From Candidatus Micrarchaeota archaeon (GTDB lineage: Archaea > Micrarchaeota > Micrarchaeia > Anstonellales > Bilamarchaeaceae), in the NCBI GenBank assembly GCA_043827025.1, contig JBDRPL010000010.1, positions 5,834 to 69,833 of the forward strand: DNA of 64,000 bases, given 5' to 3'. Each line of letters begins with the position of its first letter. The first letter of the stretch is position 1. The notes beneath the pieces were generated by a model. That model worked only from the letters and a program-made list of their open reading frames with translations. It did no database searches and had not been told where the DNA came from. Both the position numbers and the translations under genes were made by a program. Shown here in pieces: positions 18,565-28,551 of the stretch.

Positions 18565-19824
18565 ATGTTATTCCCAGTGGCACAGCTAGTTATAAGTGGT
18601 CCCGTGTGGGGCAACATACTAGTTGCACTGATGTTTGGGGTAATTTTAACTTCGTTGACTTATTTTGTAGGTGCTATAACCCAAAGCCCTAAGATTAATG
18701 CGGCTGCAAAAGAAGAGCTTATTGCCCTTGTTTTCAGTATGGTAATAATAGGTTCATTTGCATTTGTGCTTGCAACCCTGAGCCAGGTAACTGCAGCCAT
18801 ATTTGCGGATGCAACTCATGATGCAGGCTTTGATCCTGCCCATGTTGCCAGTGGCGGGATGATAAATTCTCATTTTGACCTTGCAAGTTCTGCCCTGGAC
18901 ATTTTGTTTGTGAAACTCAAGAGCATATACGCAAGCCTTTATCTTTATGATGTCCTCATAGGTTTCCTTTCAACAATGTCATTTCCTCTTGGAAATCCTA
19001 TGCCATTTCTTGCGCTCATTACATTTTCATTCATGCCTTTTGATGGATTGGTGCTTCTTGTTAATGCCCATACTATAGTTGTGGAAGCAGTTGGCTACCT
19101 TATAACTGTGGTAATGGCAAAGCAGTCATTACTGATTTTTTCGCGGGATGTTGTCATAGCACTATTGCTTCCCCTTGGGCTTGTGATGCGCGCATTCCCC
19201 TGGCTGAGGATGACTGGTTCGAGCCTCATAGCGTTTTCTGTAACTCTTTATTTTATTTATCCGCTTACATTACTGCTTTCCAATTACATGATATTTGATG
19301 TCTACAAACCAGTTGACTTTGTCTATTCACCAAACCAGAAAATGCTTTCATTTTTCGGTTCTGATAGTGACAGTAAAATTCCCGATGACACTATAACAGA
19401 ACTTGAAAAGCTTACCGAACGCTCTGGAGAGGTTATGCATACCATGGCTGTTGAACCCGAGCATGATTGCTCGGGGTCTACCTTCGCATTTCTCTGCAAC
19501 CTTAAATATTATGCTTCGATGGTTTGGAGTGGTGTCACAGGATTTGCCGGGACTGTGTGGAATGTCTCGAAATTCATGTGGGGTTTTGGAGGGGATTATT
19601 TGGGCTATTTCTTTGGGAGCAAGGGAGGCCCGGCTTCTTTTGGTTCCACTGTTTCAGGGCTTTATAAATTCGTTATTGAGGAAGTTGTGACTGTATCGCA
19701 GTTTATAGTGCTTATAACAATAACTTCGGTGATAGAGATAATAATCACTGTTACTATGTACAGGAACATAGCATTGCTGATCGGAGGAGAGGTTGAAATT
19801 GCAGGCCTTACGAAACTGGTGTAA
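18565..19824 (+). CDS. Polytopic membrane protein, CedA/VirB6-like paralog 1 of 6
   Basis: YFVG..AKEEL; GLVMRAFPWLRMTGSSLIA..YFIYP; C-terminus IGGEVEIAGLTKLV. Confidence 0.6.
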   Translation: MLFPVAQLVISGPVWGNILVALMFGVILTSLTYFVGAITQSPKINAAAKEELIALVFSMVIIGSFAFVLATLSQVTAAIFADATHDAGFDPAHVASGGMINSHFDLASSALDILFVKLKSIYASLYLYDVLIGFLSTMSFPLGNPMPFLALITFSFMPFDGLVLLVNAHTIVVEAVGYLITVVMAKQSLLIFSRDVVIALLLPLGLVMRAFPWLRMTGSSLIAFSVTLYFIYPLTLLLSNYMIFDVYKPVDFVYSPNQKMLSFFGSDSDSKIPDDTITELEKLTERSGEVMHTMAVEPEHDCSGSTFAFLCNLKYYASMVWSGVTGFAGTVWNVSKFMWGFGGDYLGYFFGSKGGPASFGSTVSGLYKFVIEEVVTVSQFIVLITITSVIEIIITVTMYRNIALLIGGEVEIAGLTKLV

Positions 19825-19826
19825 TC

Positions 19827-21113
19827 ATGAAAAAACTCTCCATAATATTTATCTTGTTGTTGTTCGCAGGCTTGCTTTTTGCAGCAGTTGATTTCAACCA
19901 GAGTCTCACAGATGTGCGTGATCTTATTGAGGGAATGGTAACGCAGCTCCTTCCTATTTTGGCCTTGACAATGGTTGTTTTCGCAGCTTTTGTATACCTC
20001 GCGGGCAGTATAGGTGATTCGTCAACTAGAGCAAGGGCAAGTGTTTGGGCAAACGCATTCTTGGTCTCGGCAGTCGTCTCAATACTGCTTTATATGGTAT
20101 TGATAGCTTTCTTTGAGCAGGTGTTTAAGGACCTACCGCCTGAGATACAATTATATCAAAACATTTTTCTTGCAGTAGTCACCGTCCTGACAGGAATAAT
20201 TGTAATCGCATATGGGATCTCTAGTGTCCTTAACAATTCTGAGTGGAAGGCCTATTGGGGCCATGAGATTTCGCAACTCGTTGCATCAGTACTCATACTT
20301 TTTTTTGCATTGGCATTCTTCGTCACAGTGAATGCATTCTCTTCAAGCATGACTACATCTATAACTGGAATCAATGAGGCTACTGCGCCTCTTGCTGCAA
20401 ATGCCTTTCTTGAGAGGATACTTCTTAAGAACATAGCTCCTGCAATCGACGATCTTTTCAAGCTTCAGCTCTGTCTTTCGCACCTAAGCACATTCCAGAG
20501 AAGAATTGGCGAGTATGTGCTTACGATGACTTACAAATTGTTTCCTGCAGTAGATTCCCTTCTTCAGGTAGTGAATGTGATTTTTTTTGGGTTCGTTGCA
20601 GTTCTGGGAAGCGTTTCGACCCAGATGCTGATCCTTAATATTGTGGATTCCGTAATGATCTATGTGTTGACTGCAGGAGTGATACTTAGGTTCATACCCC
20701 CTACGCGAGAGGCTGGCGTTTTTCTTATAGCTCTTGCAATAGGTTTTCAGGCAATATTTCCGCTCACCTATATACTTAATATACATGCACTCAGTATTGT
20801 TGGTTTTGCTGATTACACACCACCAATCCAGATAATGACTCTTTGCGGTGCCAAATACATTGCATTTGGGGTCGGAACTGAATTAATCAGTTCAGCTCTT
20901 TCAGGAGTTCCTATCCTTGGTACTGCATGGGCTGCAATTTCGGGTTTGGTTACTGAGCTTCCGATAAACCTTTTGAGCCCCTTGGAATTCACAGTATTCC
21001 TGGAGAATGTTGCATATCTGTCGCTCATAGCGCTTTTCATGCCCGCATTCTCAACGACGATTACGTTTGCATTTATAAATGCGTTCACCAAATTTGTTAA
21101 TATGAAAATGTAG
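19827..21113 (+). CDS. Polytopic membrane protein, paralog 2 of 6, with extra N-terminal VirB2/TrbC-pilin-like domain
   Basis: Signal peptide; YLAGSIGDSSTRARASVWA hairpin; GVILRFIPPTREAGVFLIA..IFP. Confidence 0.6.
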   Translation: MKKLSIIFILLLFAGLLFAAVDFNQSLTDVRDLIEGMVTQLLPILALTMVVFAAFVYLAGSIGDSSTRARASVWANAFLVSAVVSILLYMVLIAFFEQVFKDLPPEIQLYQNIFLAVVTVLTGIIVIAYGISSVLNNSEWKAYWGHEISQLVASVLILFFALAFFVTVNAFSSSMTTSITGINEATAPLAANAFLERILLKNIAPAIDDLFKLQLCLSHLSTFQRRIGEYVLTMTYKLFPAVDSLLQVVNVIFFGFVAVLGSVSTQMLILNIVDSVMIYVLTAGVILRFIPPTREAGVFLIALAIGFQAIFPLTYILNIHALSIVGFADYTPPIQIMTLCGAKYIAFGVGTELISSALSGVPILGTAWAAISGLVTELPINLLSPLEFTVFLENVAYLSLIALFMPAFSTTITFAFINAFTKFVNMKM

Positions 21114-21142
21114 AAAATATGTAGAAATAAAGATGTGGAAAA

Positions 21143-22567
21143 ATGGCTTTGCTATGTCAGGGAAATGTTCCGTATGATTCTGCTGTCCAAGGTGCAGCCC
21201 ATGCAATATCCACGTCTACATTGTGGTCTTCAGCCATTCCAATAGCAGCGCTTCTCATGATAATCGGCGTCATCCTTGTAGCCCTGGTTTACATGCTGAG
21301 CGGCATATTTCAGGATGACAAGATGAAGGTCTGGGCAAGGATGGAACTTTTTGAGATCATCTATTCTGCAATAATACTTTGTATGGCTGTTTTTGCAGTA
21401 GGGCTTGCGGATGAGGTCGCACGTTGTGTTTCGCTTGACCCTAATCTATCGCCCACATCCAGGGCACTTTGCGACAATCCAGACGACCCCTTTGGCACTT
21501 CTACAACTTCTGTTTATAATGGTATCCCATACTGCCACATGAGGATGGCGATTTCATATACGGATACTATATTTGCAGAAACCAATAAATTCGCCCTTTT
21601 GCTTTACGGCAGTTATATCTACACGTCCACATTTGCAGATATGGCTATAAATGTGGAGTTTGTTTTCGAGAAAGCAGGTTTCATGACTTTTAATCCGTTG
21701 AGAGGATTATTTACCATAGGAAATGACATGCGTTCCTTTCTTTTTGATACCCTCATCAAACTAATGCTCGTCACGAAATTCCAGGAAATTCTGCTTGTGT
21801 TTACTGCAAAGGTGCTTTTCCCATTGCTGTTCATAATCGGTGCAGTGCTGAGGACATTTGCATTTACCAGACGGCTTGGAGGATTGCTAATGGCACTTGC
21901 CCTTGCATTATTCTTCATTTACCCCATGTTCTATGTGTTCGGAATGTTCATCCTAGATTCCCTGAAAACACAGGCAGTGGGATACTGTGTCCATTCTGGC
22001 CAGGGTACATTGGACGAATGCCAAGATTCTGTTTCAGTATTCTCAAATTTCTATAGTGGCGGCAGCGTTCCGCTTATAGGCTCTTTTAATCCTGGGGAAC
22101 TTGAAGGTTCAACAAAAGGCAAGAGATCTACTGAGGTATTTGACCCATTTGTCAATGGTATCAATGGAGAAAGTGGATTGCCTAAATTCTATACGCCGCC
22201 TCATTCCTGCACTGTACCTGTTGATTGCATAGGCGATCCAAAATGTATGGTCGATGAGGGCAATGGAAAGGTCAATTATTGCGAATGCAAGGACTCTGAA
22301 TGTAAGCTAAATGATGCAGCAAATGAGAAAATCCAGGGATTCGGAAGCAGTCTACTGCAGGGCTTGACAGAAAGGTCATGGAGCGATTCGCTTTTCATAA
22401 CTGATTTTTCGAAAGATGGGGGATATGTGGACATAACTGCCAGAATTGCGTTCTTTTCAGTTTTCTTTTCATTATTTGGATTGCTTGCAACTATTGCTGG
22501 AATCAGGAGCATTTCGATGTTCCTTGGTGGGGATCTTGAGATCGCGGGTTTGACGCACCTTATCTGA
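21143..22567 (+). CDS. Polytopic membrane protein, paralog 3 of 6, with Cys-rich loop
   Basis: YMLSG..ARMELFE; GAVLRTFAFTRRLGGLLMA..IYP; LGGDLEIAGLTHLI. Confidence 0.6.
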   Translation: MALLCQGNVPYDSAVQGAAHAISTSTLWSSAIPIAALLMIIGVILVALVYMLSGIFQDDKMKVWARMELFEIIYSAIILCMAVFAVGLADEVARCVSLDPNLSPTSRALCDNPDDPFGTSTTSVYNGIPYCHMRMAISYTDTIFAETNKFALLLYGSYIYTSTFADMAINVEFVFEKAGFMTFNPLRGLFTIGNDMRSFLFDTLIKLMLVTKFQEILLVFTAKVLFPLLFIIGAVLRTFAFTRRLGGLLMALALALFFIYPMFYVFGMFILDSLKTQAVGYCVHSGQGTLDECQDSVSVFSNFYSGGSVPLIGSFNPGELEGSTKGKRSTEVFDPFVNGINGESGLPKFYTPPHSCTVPVDCIGDPKCMVDEGNGKVNYCECKDSECKLNDAANEKIQGFGSSLLQGLTERSWSDSLFITDFSKDGGYVDITARIAFFSVFFSLFGLLATIAGIRSISMFLGGDLEIAGLTHLI

Positions 22568-22576
22568 TGTGATGCT

Positions 22577-23800
22577 ATGAGCATGTTGACTACTAAAAAT
22601 TTATTTTTCTTCCTCATATTACTCACTTTGACTTATGCTTCGCTTAATAACCCTCAAGAGCAAGAGCAGGCTCAAGAAGGCCTGACCAAGCTATTCAGTG
22701 ATATGGCGCAGGAAGCCAAAGGAGTTACAGGCGGAGTGGTCCATACTCTTTTCGGCGCCTTTCAACCAAGTTCCTGTGGTGCTGAGGATACATGGTTGAA
22801 TTTCGGAACAATGAATTGGCTTATTCCATCTGTCTTTGTTGCGATGGTTGTCCTATTTGGAATCACAATACTCTACATGATGGGCAATCTTTTCCAGCTA
22901 CAGAACCTCATTTTGGTTGCTAAAGAAGAATATTTTAATTCATTCGCAACAGTTCTGCGTGTAATACTGGTACTTGGCGCAGTTGCAACTGTTGATGCTG
23001 CCTGGTATGGTTTGCAGACTAATAATCTTGGCCCTGACCCTGATCCAGTATATAGTTCTTCGCCAGTCATGATTGATGCAGCTCTTGTCTTCAGCTACCA
23101 GACAATGACTGAGCTGAATTCTGTTTTCAGCAATTTGCTGATGTTCAACATGGTTGTCCATACCCTTTATACCTCTACGCTTTATTTTGGAGTGACATGG
23201 CGTGCAATGTACTCTTTCAACCTGGGTCCCGTACTTAAGCCAATAATTGATATTTTGGGAGTTTCAATGAATATGCTTTCTGTAGCCATAGGCGAATGGG
23301 TCATTCATATGGCTACTCTTTGTATAATAAAGAAATGGGCCTTTACCTTATTCATCCCATTGGGCATGCTTCTCAGAGCCATACCTCATACAAGGGCAGG
23401 AGGAGAAGCGCTTTTCGCGCTTGTATTTGCCTTTGCAGTTATCTATCCATTCATGTTCATAGTTGATTATGAAGCGCATAAGATACTAAAATCTTCGATA
23501 CTCGATCCAACTGAAAATACGCTTATGACTGATCTTATGGAAGGAACAGGGCTGTTCAAGGTTGCAACTATGATGGTCGCATTCTTTTTCCTTAGCGGAG
23601 GTGTTTTTGTACCTGTGCTTGTAGAAGCAGGACTTTCAATTACCTTCGAGCTTGTCAATGCTGCTGTCTATTACATTGTAATTCTTGGGCTGTTATTGCC
23701 TTTTATAAATATTTTTATAACTCTTACTGCTGCCAAGGAATTTGCAAAAGGATGGGGAGGGGTTGACATAAATTACATGGCATTCGTGAGGCTGATCTGA
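22577..23800 (+). CDS. Polytopic membrane protein, paralog 4 of 6
   Basis: YMMG..AKEEY; GMLLRAIPHTRAGGEALFA..IYP; WGGVDINYMAFVRLI. Confidence 0.6.
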   Translation: MSMLTTKNLFFFLILLTLTYASLNNPQEQEQAQEGLTKLFSDMAQEAKGVTGGVVHTLFGAFQPSSCGAEDTWLNFGTMNWLIPSVFVAMVVLFGITILYMMGNLFQLQNLILVAKEEYFNSFATVLRVILVLGAVATVDAAWYGLQTNNLGPDPDPVYSSSPVMIDAALVFSYQTMTELNSVFSNLLMFNMVVHTLYTSTLYFGVTWRAMYSFNLGPVLKPIIDILGVSMNMLSVAIGEWVIHMATLCIIKKWAFTLFIPLGMLLRAIPHTRAGGEALFALVFAFAVIYPFMFIVDYEAHKILKSSILDPTENTLMTDLMEGTGLFKVATMMVAFFFLSGGVFVPVLVEAGLSITFELVNAAVYYIVILGLLLPFINIFITLTAAKEFAKGWGGVDINYMAFVRLI

Positions 23801-24945
23801 TGGGCATCATCTATGATAAAATCTGCGTGAACGGCGGTGCAGCCATAAGCGATGTAGTCACACAGTGGAGATTTGGGGATGTTGCCATAAATTGGATGCC
23901 TCTTGCAGCTGCAGCAATGCTTGCCTCTGTTGTAGTAATCGTATTGATCTACCTTTTTGGAGTTATAACTCGGGACCCGAATGCAAATACATTTGCAAAA
24001 ATAGAGTTATACGAAGTATTCATCTCCTTCATCATAGTTCTTTTCCTCATGGGAGTACTTGGTTCGCTTTGTTCTGTGAGCATAGGAAAACTTCTGGTAG
24101 TCAATCAACAAGCTCCCCTTCCGGCAGGAAATGATGATATTGATGAATTCCTTGACATGGATGTTTTTTCTGCAGGTGAGGACTATTTCGAAAAGGTTTC
24201 TGCTGACATGGAAGGCTGGATGGTTGTCAATTATTTCTTTGCCATCTGGCTTGATGAGGCCGCGACCATAACTCCATATTCGAGGCCATTGGGTGTTGGT
24301 ATGGTGGCAGCTCCTCTTGCAGGGCTTGCAGCACCCCTTAAGCAAGTAGTTTACAATGTGTATGTTGCTCTTTCCATCGCATACATAATCAACTATGCCC
24401 AGCTTTATGTCTTCCGTTTTTCAATAATCGCATTCATGTTCATTTATTTCCCAATAGGTATTTTCCTGCGTTGCTTCACGCCTACAAGAAGAATTGGCGG
24501 AACCCTGCTTGGAGTGGGCATTGGTTTCCTTGTAATTGTCCCTCTCCTGACTCTTGTTGCGCACGTGATGTTCATGTCCTCATATGGAGTCATTACACTA
24601 TTGAATGATAGCATTACCAACTATGTCGGCAGCTCTCTCTCTGTTACAGCAGGAGCCAAATCCATATTGGCCAACCTCTTTGACATTAGCGTGCCTACCA
24701 TAATAGGCAGTTTTGTTGCAGGGAAATTTGGAGCAATGCTTGGTTTCATAATAGGCGCAGGTGGAATACCCGGCTCATTGCTCACTGCAGCATTTATCAT
24801 TCCAATATCAACAGTTGGCGCCGCGTTCCTTATAGGATTCCTTATTCCTGCATTTAACACTATCATTCTTGTATATTCTGTGAAATCCCTTTCCAGATCT
24901 CTTGGCGAGGAGATTGATGTCAGTTCTTTGACGAGGTTGATATGA
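23800..24945 (+). CDS. Polytopic membrane protein, paralog 5 of 6
   Basis: YLFG..AKIELYE; GIFLRCFTPTRRIGGTLLG..IVP; LGEEIDVSSLTRLI. Confidence 0.6.
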   Translation: MGIIYDKICVNGGAAISDVVTQWRFGDVAINWMPLAAAAMLASVVVIVLIYLFGVITRDPNANTFAKIELYEVFISFIIVLFLMGVLGSLCSVSIGKLLVVNQQAPLPAGNDDIDEFLDMDVFSAGEDYFEKVSADMEGWMVVNYFFAIWLDEAATITPYSRPLGVGMVAAPLAGLAAPLKQVVYNVYVALSIAYIINYAQLYVFRFSIIAFMFIYFPIGIFLRCFTPTRRIGGTLLGVGIGFLVIVPLLTLVAHVMFMSSYGVITLLNDSITNYVGSSLSVTAGAKSILANLFDISVPTIIGSFVAGKFGAMLGFIIGAGGIPGSLLTAAFIIPISTVGAAFLIGFLIPAFNTIILVYSVKSLSRSLGEEIDVSSLTRLI

Positions 24946-26108
24946 TGAAAATGCGATTGCTGTTGCTTGTTTTTATTCTGTTCCTGAGTGTTCCGCTTCA
25001 TTCAGATGATGCTTCAGTTGGCCGTGTCCTAATCGGCTGGGAGGCTCTTGCATACGGTGCAGCAATAGTCTCATTCGTTTTTGCTATTCTTGCATTGATG
25101 ATTGGAAGGGCATTTGACCTGAGGAATATCACCCAGGCAGCCAAAACAGAGCTCATCTATATTTTTTCTACCATTTTACTCATAATGATGCTTGGCGTTT
25201 TCGTTACAACTGGGTCAGACCTGCTCTATGAACTTTCCACGCAATTGCTTTGCTCAAGTTATTCTAATGTCCCGTCTTTCCAACAGGCTTTTCCGGATTG
25301 TGAACTATATGTGGCACCTCCGCCAGTCTATGATTATGATTCAAATGGGGGTAGGATTGAAGTAACTCTCAAACCCCATGTCATTGATGTTGCAAAGCTC
25401 TATCTTCAGCCAGTGGTGCTGGGAGCGCAGACTTCGCAAAAAATATTATATGGATTGAGCATACCTGTGGAAGCCATGGCTTCCATTTATGTCGAGATCT
25501 TCATGAGTGAGCATGCCTCAGGATTCGGATTCAAGCCATTTGCCGAGAGGATAAAGAATACCAACATGGCAATCAGCTTCTATCTCTTTGCATATTATCT
25601 GATAATCCATATCCTGAATTTCATAAGAGCATATGGCCTGTTTTTCTTATCTATAGGGGTAATATTAAGGTGCTTCCCACCTACTCGCGGTGCTGGTGCA
25701 TATGTCATTGCACTCACGCTAGGGCTTTATTTTGTCTTCCCGTTTTCATTTGTCATGGCTTCAGCAGTCAGTGCAGGTTATTCTTTCGAACAGAGTTTCC
25801 TTGGTTTCGGCGGAGGCAAAAATCTCATATTTGCCCTGCCTTTTGAGCTTCCGGAGAACTCAAAAATATGCAATGGCATGGATTCCAGCTCTGTTGTTGA
25901 TGCCATTCAATATTTCAAGGCTAACAAGTCGGACATATTCAATATAATGGATGTCATCAGCCTTAATGTGGTCAAAGCCATGACGCTTAGGATATGCCTG
26001 CTTCCGCTTGTTGCGCTTACAGTGACATTCACATTCATCCTTTCCACTACAAACCTTTTCGGAGGCAATATTCCTGAAATAGGAAGAGGGCTGGTTAAGC
26101 TTATTTGA
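24942..26108 (+). CDS. Polytopic membrane protein, paralog 6 of 6
   Basis: LMIG..AKTEL; GVILRCFPPTRGAGAYVIA..YFVFP; FGGNIPEIGRGLVKLI. Confidence 0.6.
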   Translation: MMKMRLLLLVFILFLSVPLHSDDASVGRVLIGWEALAYGAAIVSFVFAILALMIGRAFDLRNITQAAKTELIYIFSTILLIMMLGVFVTTGSDLLYELSTQLLCSSYSNVPSFQQAFPDCELYVAPPPVYDYDSNGGRIEVTLKPHVIDVAKLYLQPVVLGAQTSQKILYGLSIPVEAMASIYVEIFMSEHASGFGFKPFAERIKNTNMAISFYLFAYYLIIHILNFIRAYGLFFLSIGVILRCFPPTRGAGAYVIALTLGLYFVFPFSFVMASAVSAGYSFEQSFLGFGGGKNLIFALPFELPENSKICNGMDSSSVVDAIQYFKANKSDIFNIMDVISLNVVKAMTLRICLLPLVALTVTFTFILSTTNLFGGNIPEIGRGLVKLI

Positions 26109-26109
26109 C

Positions 26110-27039
26110 CTAAGGACAAGCGATTCTCATATGCTTATACTCATAATTTTCTTCAGCATCCTCTTTCTTCCTTGTTGAGTAATAGAGCTGGTCTTTTTCT
26201 GAAGCATAGAACTTCTGTCCATATATTTTCTCAAGATAAGCATCTTGATCTTGCACTTCGCTTGATGCGTTTATATTCTTTGCAATATGAAGGAAATTTA
26301 CATCTACAGTTACTTGTTCATTGAACTCTCTGACAATTATATTGTTCCACATCTCTTTCGGATATAGTTTGATTTCACTGATGTCATAAAATCCGTAGTC
26401 GAATATGTCTATGTATCCCTTTGTATTTTTGATGCATTTATTGATGTGTTCGATTGTAAGTTCATTGATTGGAATCTCGTAACCTTCGGGCATGTTGATC
26501 ATGAACTTCATCACCTTTCCGTTCCTTGCCTTCATATATTTCTTTTCAAGTTTTTCGTTGTAATGAACTTCGAACAGTTCTCTTTCTTTTATTACGAACA
26601 CTTTTGCAGGCAGGTCATCATAGAGTTCATTGCTTCGAACGTAATTTGCATCATTTATCTTGGTTTGGAGTGCATCTCCACAAATCGATTCGACATTGGC
26701 AAAACTATTGATTTTTTCCGCATTTTCGAGCATTTTTTTCGATATGTCGCAAAGGCAGTATTTGACTCTTTTGAAGAAAATCGGATCAATTCGCTTTAGT
26801 TTGCTTAGAAAATAGAATGCAATCTTCCCATTGCCTACCCCGAATTCATAGACATTCAATTCATTGTCTAAGTTAGCCTCGTTTTCCTTTGCAAATGCAT
26901 AAAATTCAAGCGCATTTGCCTCGCTTATCAATCTTGAAGAGCCGAATGTCTTGAAATCCTTGTAAATCCCAGGGCCTTTTTCAGTGTAGTATGCTTCGTT
27001 TCTTTGTTTTTGCAATTCGTCAAGCTGAAGAAACTCCAT
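26110..27039 (-). CDS. SAM-dependent methyltransferase, MidA/NDUFAF7-like
   Basis: DFKT, YEFGVGNG, SNELYDDLP, FDYG, QVTVDVNF. Confidence 0.78.
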   Translation of the reverse strand: MEFLQLDELQKQRNEAYYTEKGPGIYKDFKTFGSSRLISEANALEFYAFAKENEANLDNELNVYEFGVGNGKIAFYFLSKLKRIDPIFFKRVKYCLCDISKKMLENAEKINSFANVESICGDALQTKINDANYVRSNELYDDLPAKVFVIKERELFEVHYNEKLEKKYMKARNGKVMKFMINMPEGYEIPINELTIEHINKCIKNTKGYIDIFDYGFYDISEIKLYPKEMWNNIIVREFNEQVTVDVNFLHIAKNINASSEVQDQDAYLEKIYGQKFYASEKDQLYYSTRKKEDAEENYEYKHMRIACP

Positions 27040-27175
27040 GTTCTAAATTAGATTAGTTATCTTTAATAATTCTTGTTGGCAGCCTTGGGTTTGCATATGC
27101 TGCAAGCCTTGCCTGGTATATTTCTTCGGACTCATAAAACCCTCTTTTTGGTATTCCGAAATCCTTTTCAACAAG

Positions 27176-27919
27176 CTAGCTCATACACACCTCAGGCGAG
27201 TTGTTTGCCATTAATATCCTTAGAACATCTTCAGGAGTCAGTTCAACAACTATCTGCATTGATTTTGTATGGATATTGCTTGTAACTGCTGGGATTAGTC
27301 TATGATCTAAAATCCCTTTATCTAGGTATCCGTACACTTGTGGACCGACATATGAACTTCTTCTGTAAATATAACTGTCTGTTTGATGTGGAGTTATCAG
27401 TTCTGGATTCAGGATTTTTTTACCATTTGCACTGCTTATTTCTTCCAAAACTTGCATTCTTGAGTCTGGGACGCGAATATGCACAATTCCATTGCTATTT
27501 ATCTTCAAATCTCCTGCAGTTATGTCTTCGATTACAATTATCTTGTTTTTTTCGCCTACAAACCTGCCAGTTGAAATTGCCAACATTGTCTCATAATCTA
27601 TTTGGACATCTGCAAATGGCGCGTGTGGAAGGAAATATGCAATCACTCTCCGGGTCACGAATCTTTTAGGGAAATCACCACTTCTCATGTCCCATGGGAT
27701 TTGGCCAGAAGTTATAACTGGGAGGATATCTTCCAGTATGGTGCGTGGTGATGCAAGTTGCATGCTTGCTCCGCTTTTTCGGTTCATGGCATCAATAAGC
27801 TGAAGCCCTTCGACAAAGGAAAATTTTTGACGAAACATGCCTATAACTGTTCTTCCTTTTTCATACTTTTCTACTGATGCGATTGCTATTTGTGGTTTGC
27901 AAGTTGCCATACAATTCAC
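27176..27919 (-). CDS. Hypothetical protein
   Basis: 247-aa ORF filling the gap between genes; no motif. Confidence 0.55.
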   Translation of the reverse strand: MNCMATCKPQIAIASVEKYEKGRTVIGMFRQKFSFVEGLQLIDAMNRKSGASMQLASPRTILEDILPVITSGQIPWDMRSGDFPKRFVTRRVIAYFLPHAPFADVQIDYETMLAISTGRFVGEKNKIIVIEDITAGDLKINSNGIVHIRVPDSRMQVLEEISSANGKKILNPELITPHQTDSYIYRRSSYVGPQVYGYLDKGILDHRLIPAVTSNIHTKSMQIVVELTPEDVLRILMANNSPEVCMS

Positions 27920-27989
27920 GAATATGTTGTTATTAGTATGAACAATTGTGTATCCTTATATTTAAAAATCTGTTTTCCGAATTCATTTC

Positions 27990-28544
27990 ATGAGAAAATT
28001 CGTTATCGATACTTCGCTGTTCGTCAATCCGTATGCAAGAGGGGCTTTTGGCAAAGACCCAAGGGCTGCGCTCAAGGCATTTGTCAAAATAATAAAGAAA
28101 AAGAAGATCGAGTTCTTCATGCCCCCGTCCATCTTCCGCGAATTGACTAACTTTGTCGGAGATGATATTGAGCATCTAGAGATGGTCGTAAAGCGTAAGT
28201 CGCCAAACCTGTATTCCATGTACCTTCCGGCAGCAGTTTTCTATGATTTCATAGAAGATGTGCGTGCAAGAATAAACAAGGGTTTGAGGCTTGCGGAAGA
28301 GGCTGCAAAGGACAATACTCCTGATAATGATCCGAAGCTCAATAAACTAAGGCAGAAATACAGGGAATTCATGCGCACTGGTCTGTTGGACAGCAGTGAA
28401 GATCTTGAGCTTGTTCTTTTGGCAAAGGAAATTGAAGCTACTTTAGTTAGTTGCGATGAAGGCGTAATTCATTTCGCAAGCAAGATTGGCTGTGAAGTAT
28501 TGAATGCGACTAAGTTCGCGAAGCTGCTGAAGACGCTGAAGTAA
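27990..28544 (+). CDS. HARP: RNA-free RNase P / 'RNA ligase partner' PIN-domain protein
   Basis: FVIDTSLF, MPPS, R.RINKGLR.AE, LRQKYRE..R.GLLDS.EDLELVLLAKE, D.G. Confidence 0.88.
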   Translation: MRKFVIDTSLFVNPYARGAFGKDPRAALKAFVKIIKKKKIEFFMPPSIFRELTNFVGDDIEHLEMVVKRKSPNLYSMYLPAAVFYDFIEDVRARINKGLRLAEEAAKDNTPDNDPKLNKLRQKYREFMRTGLLDSSEDLELVLLAKEIEATLVSCDEGVIHFASKIGCEVLNATKFAKLLKTLK

Positions 28545-28551
28545 TTCTTAG

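Noticed and set aside
18565-26108. Integrated conjugative element or provirus
   Set aside because: No integrase, relaxase, VirB4, att sites or viral genes; flanked by housekeeping genes
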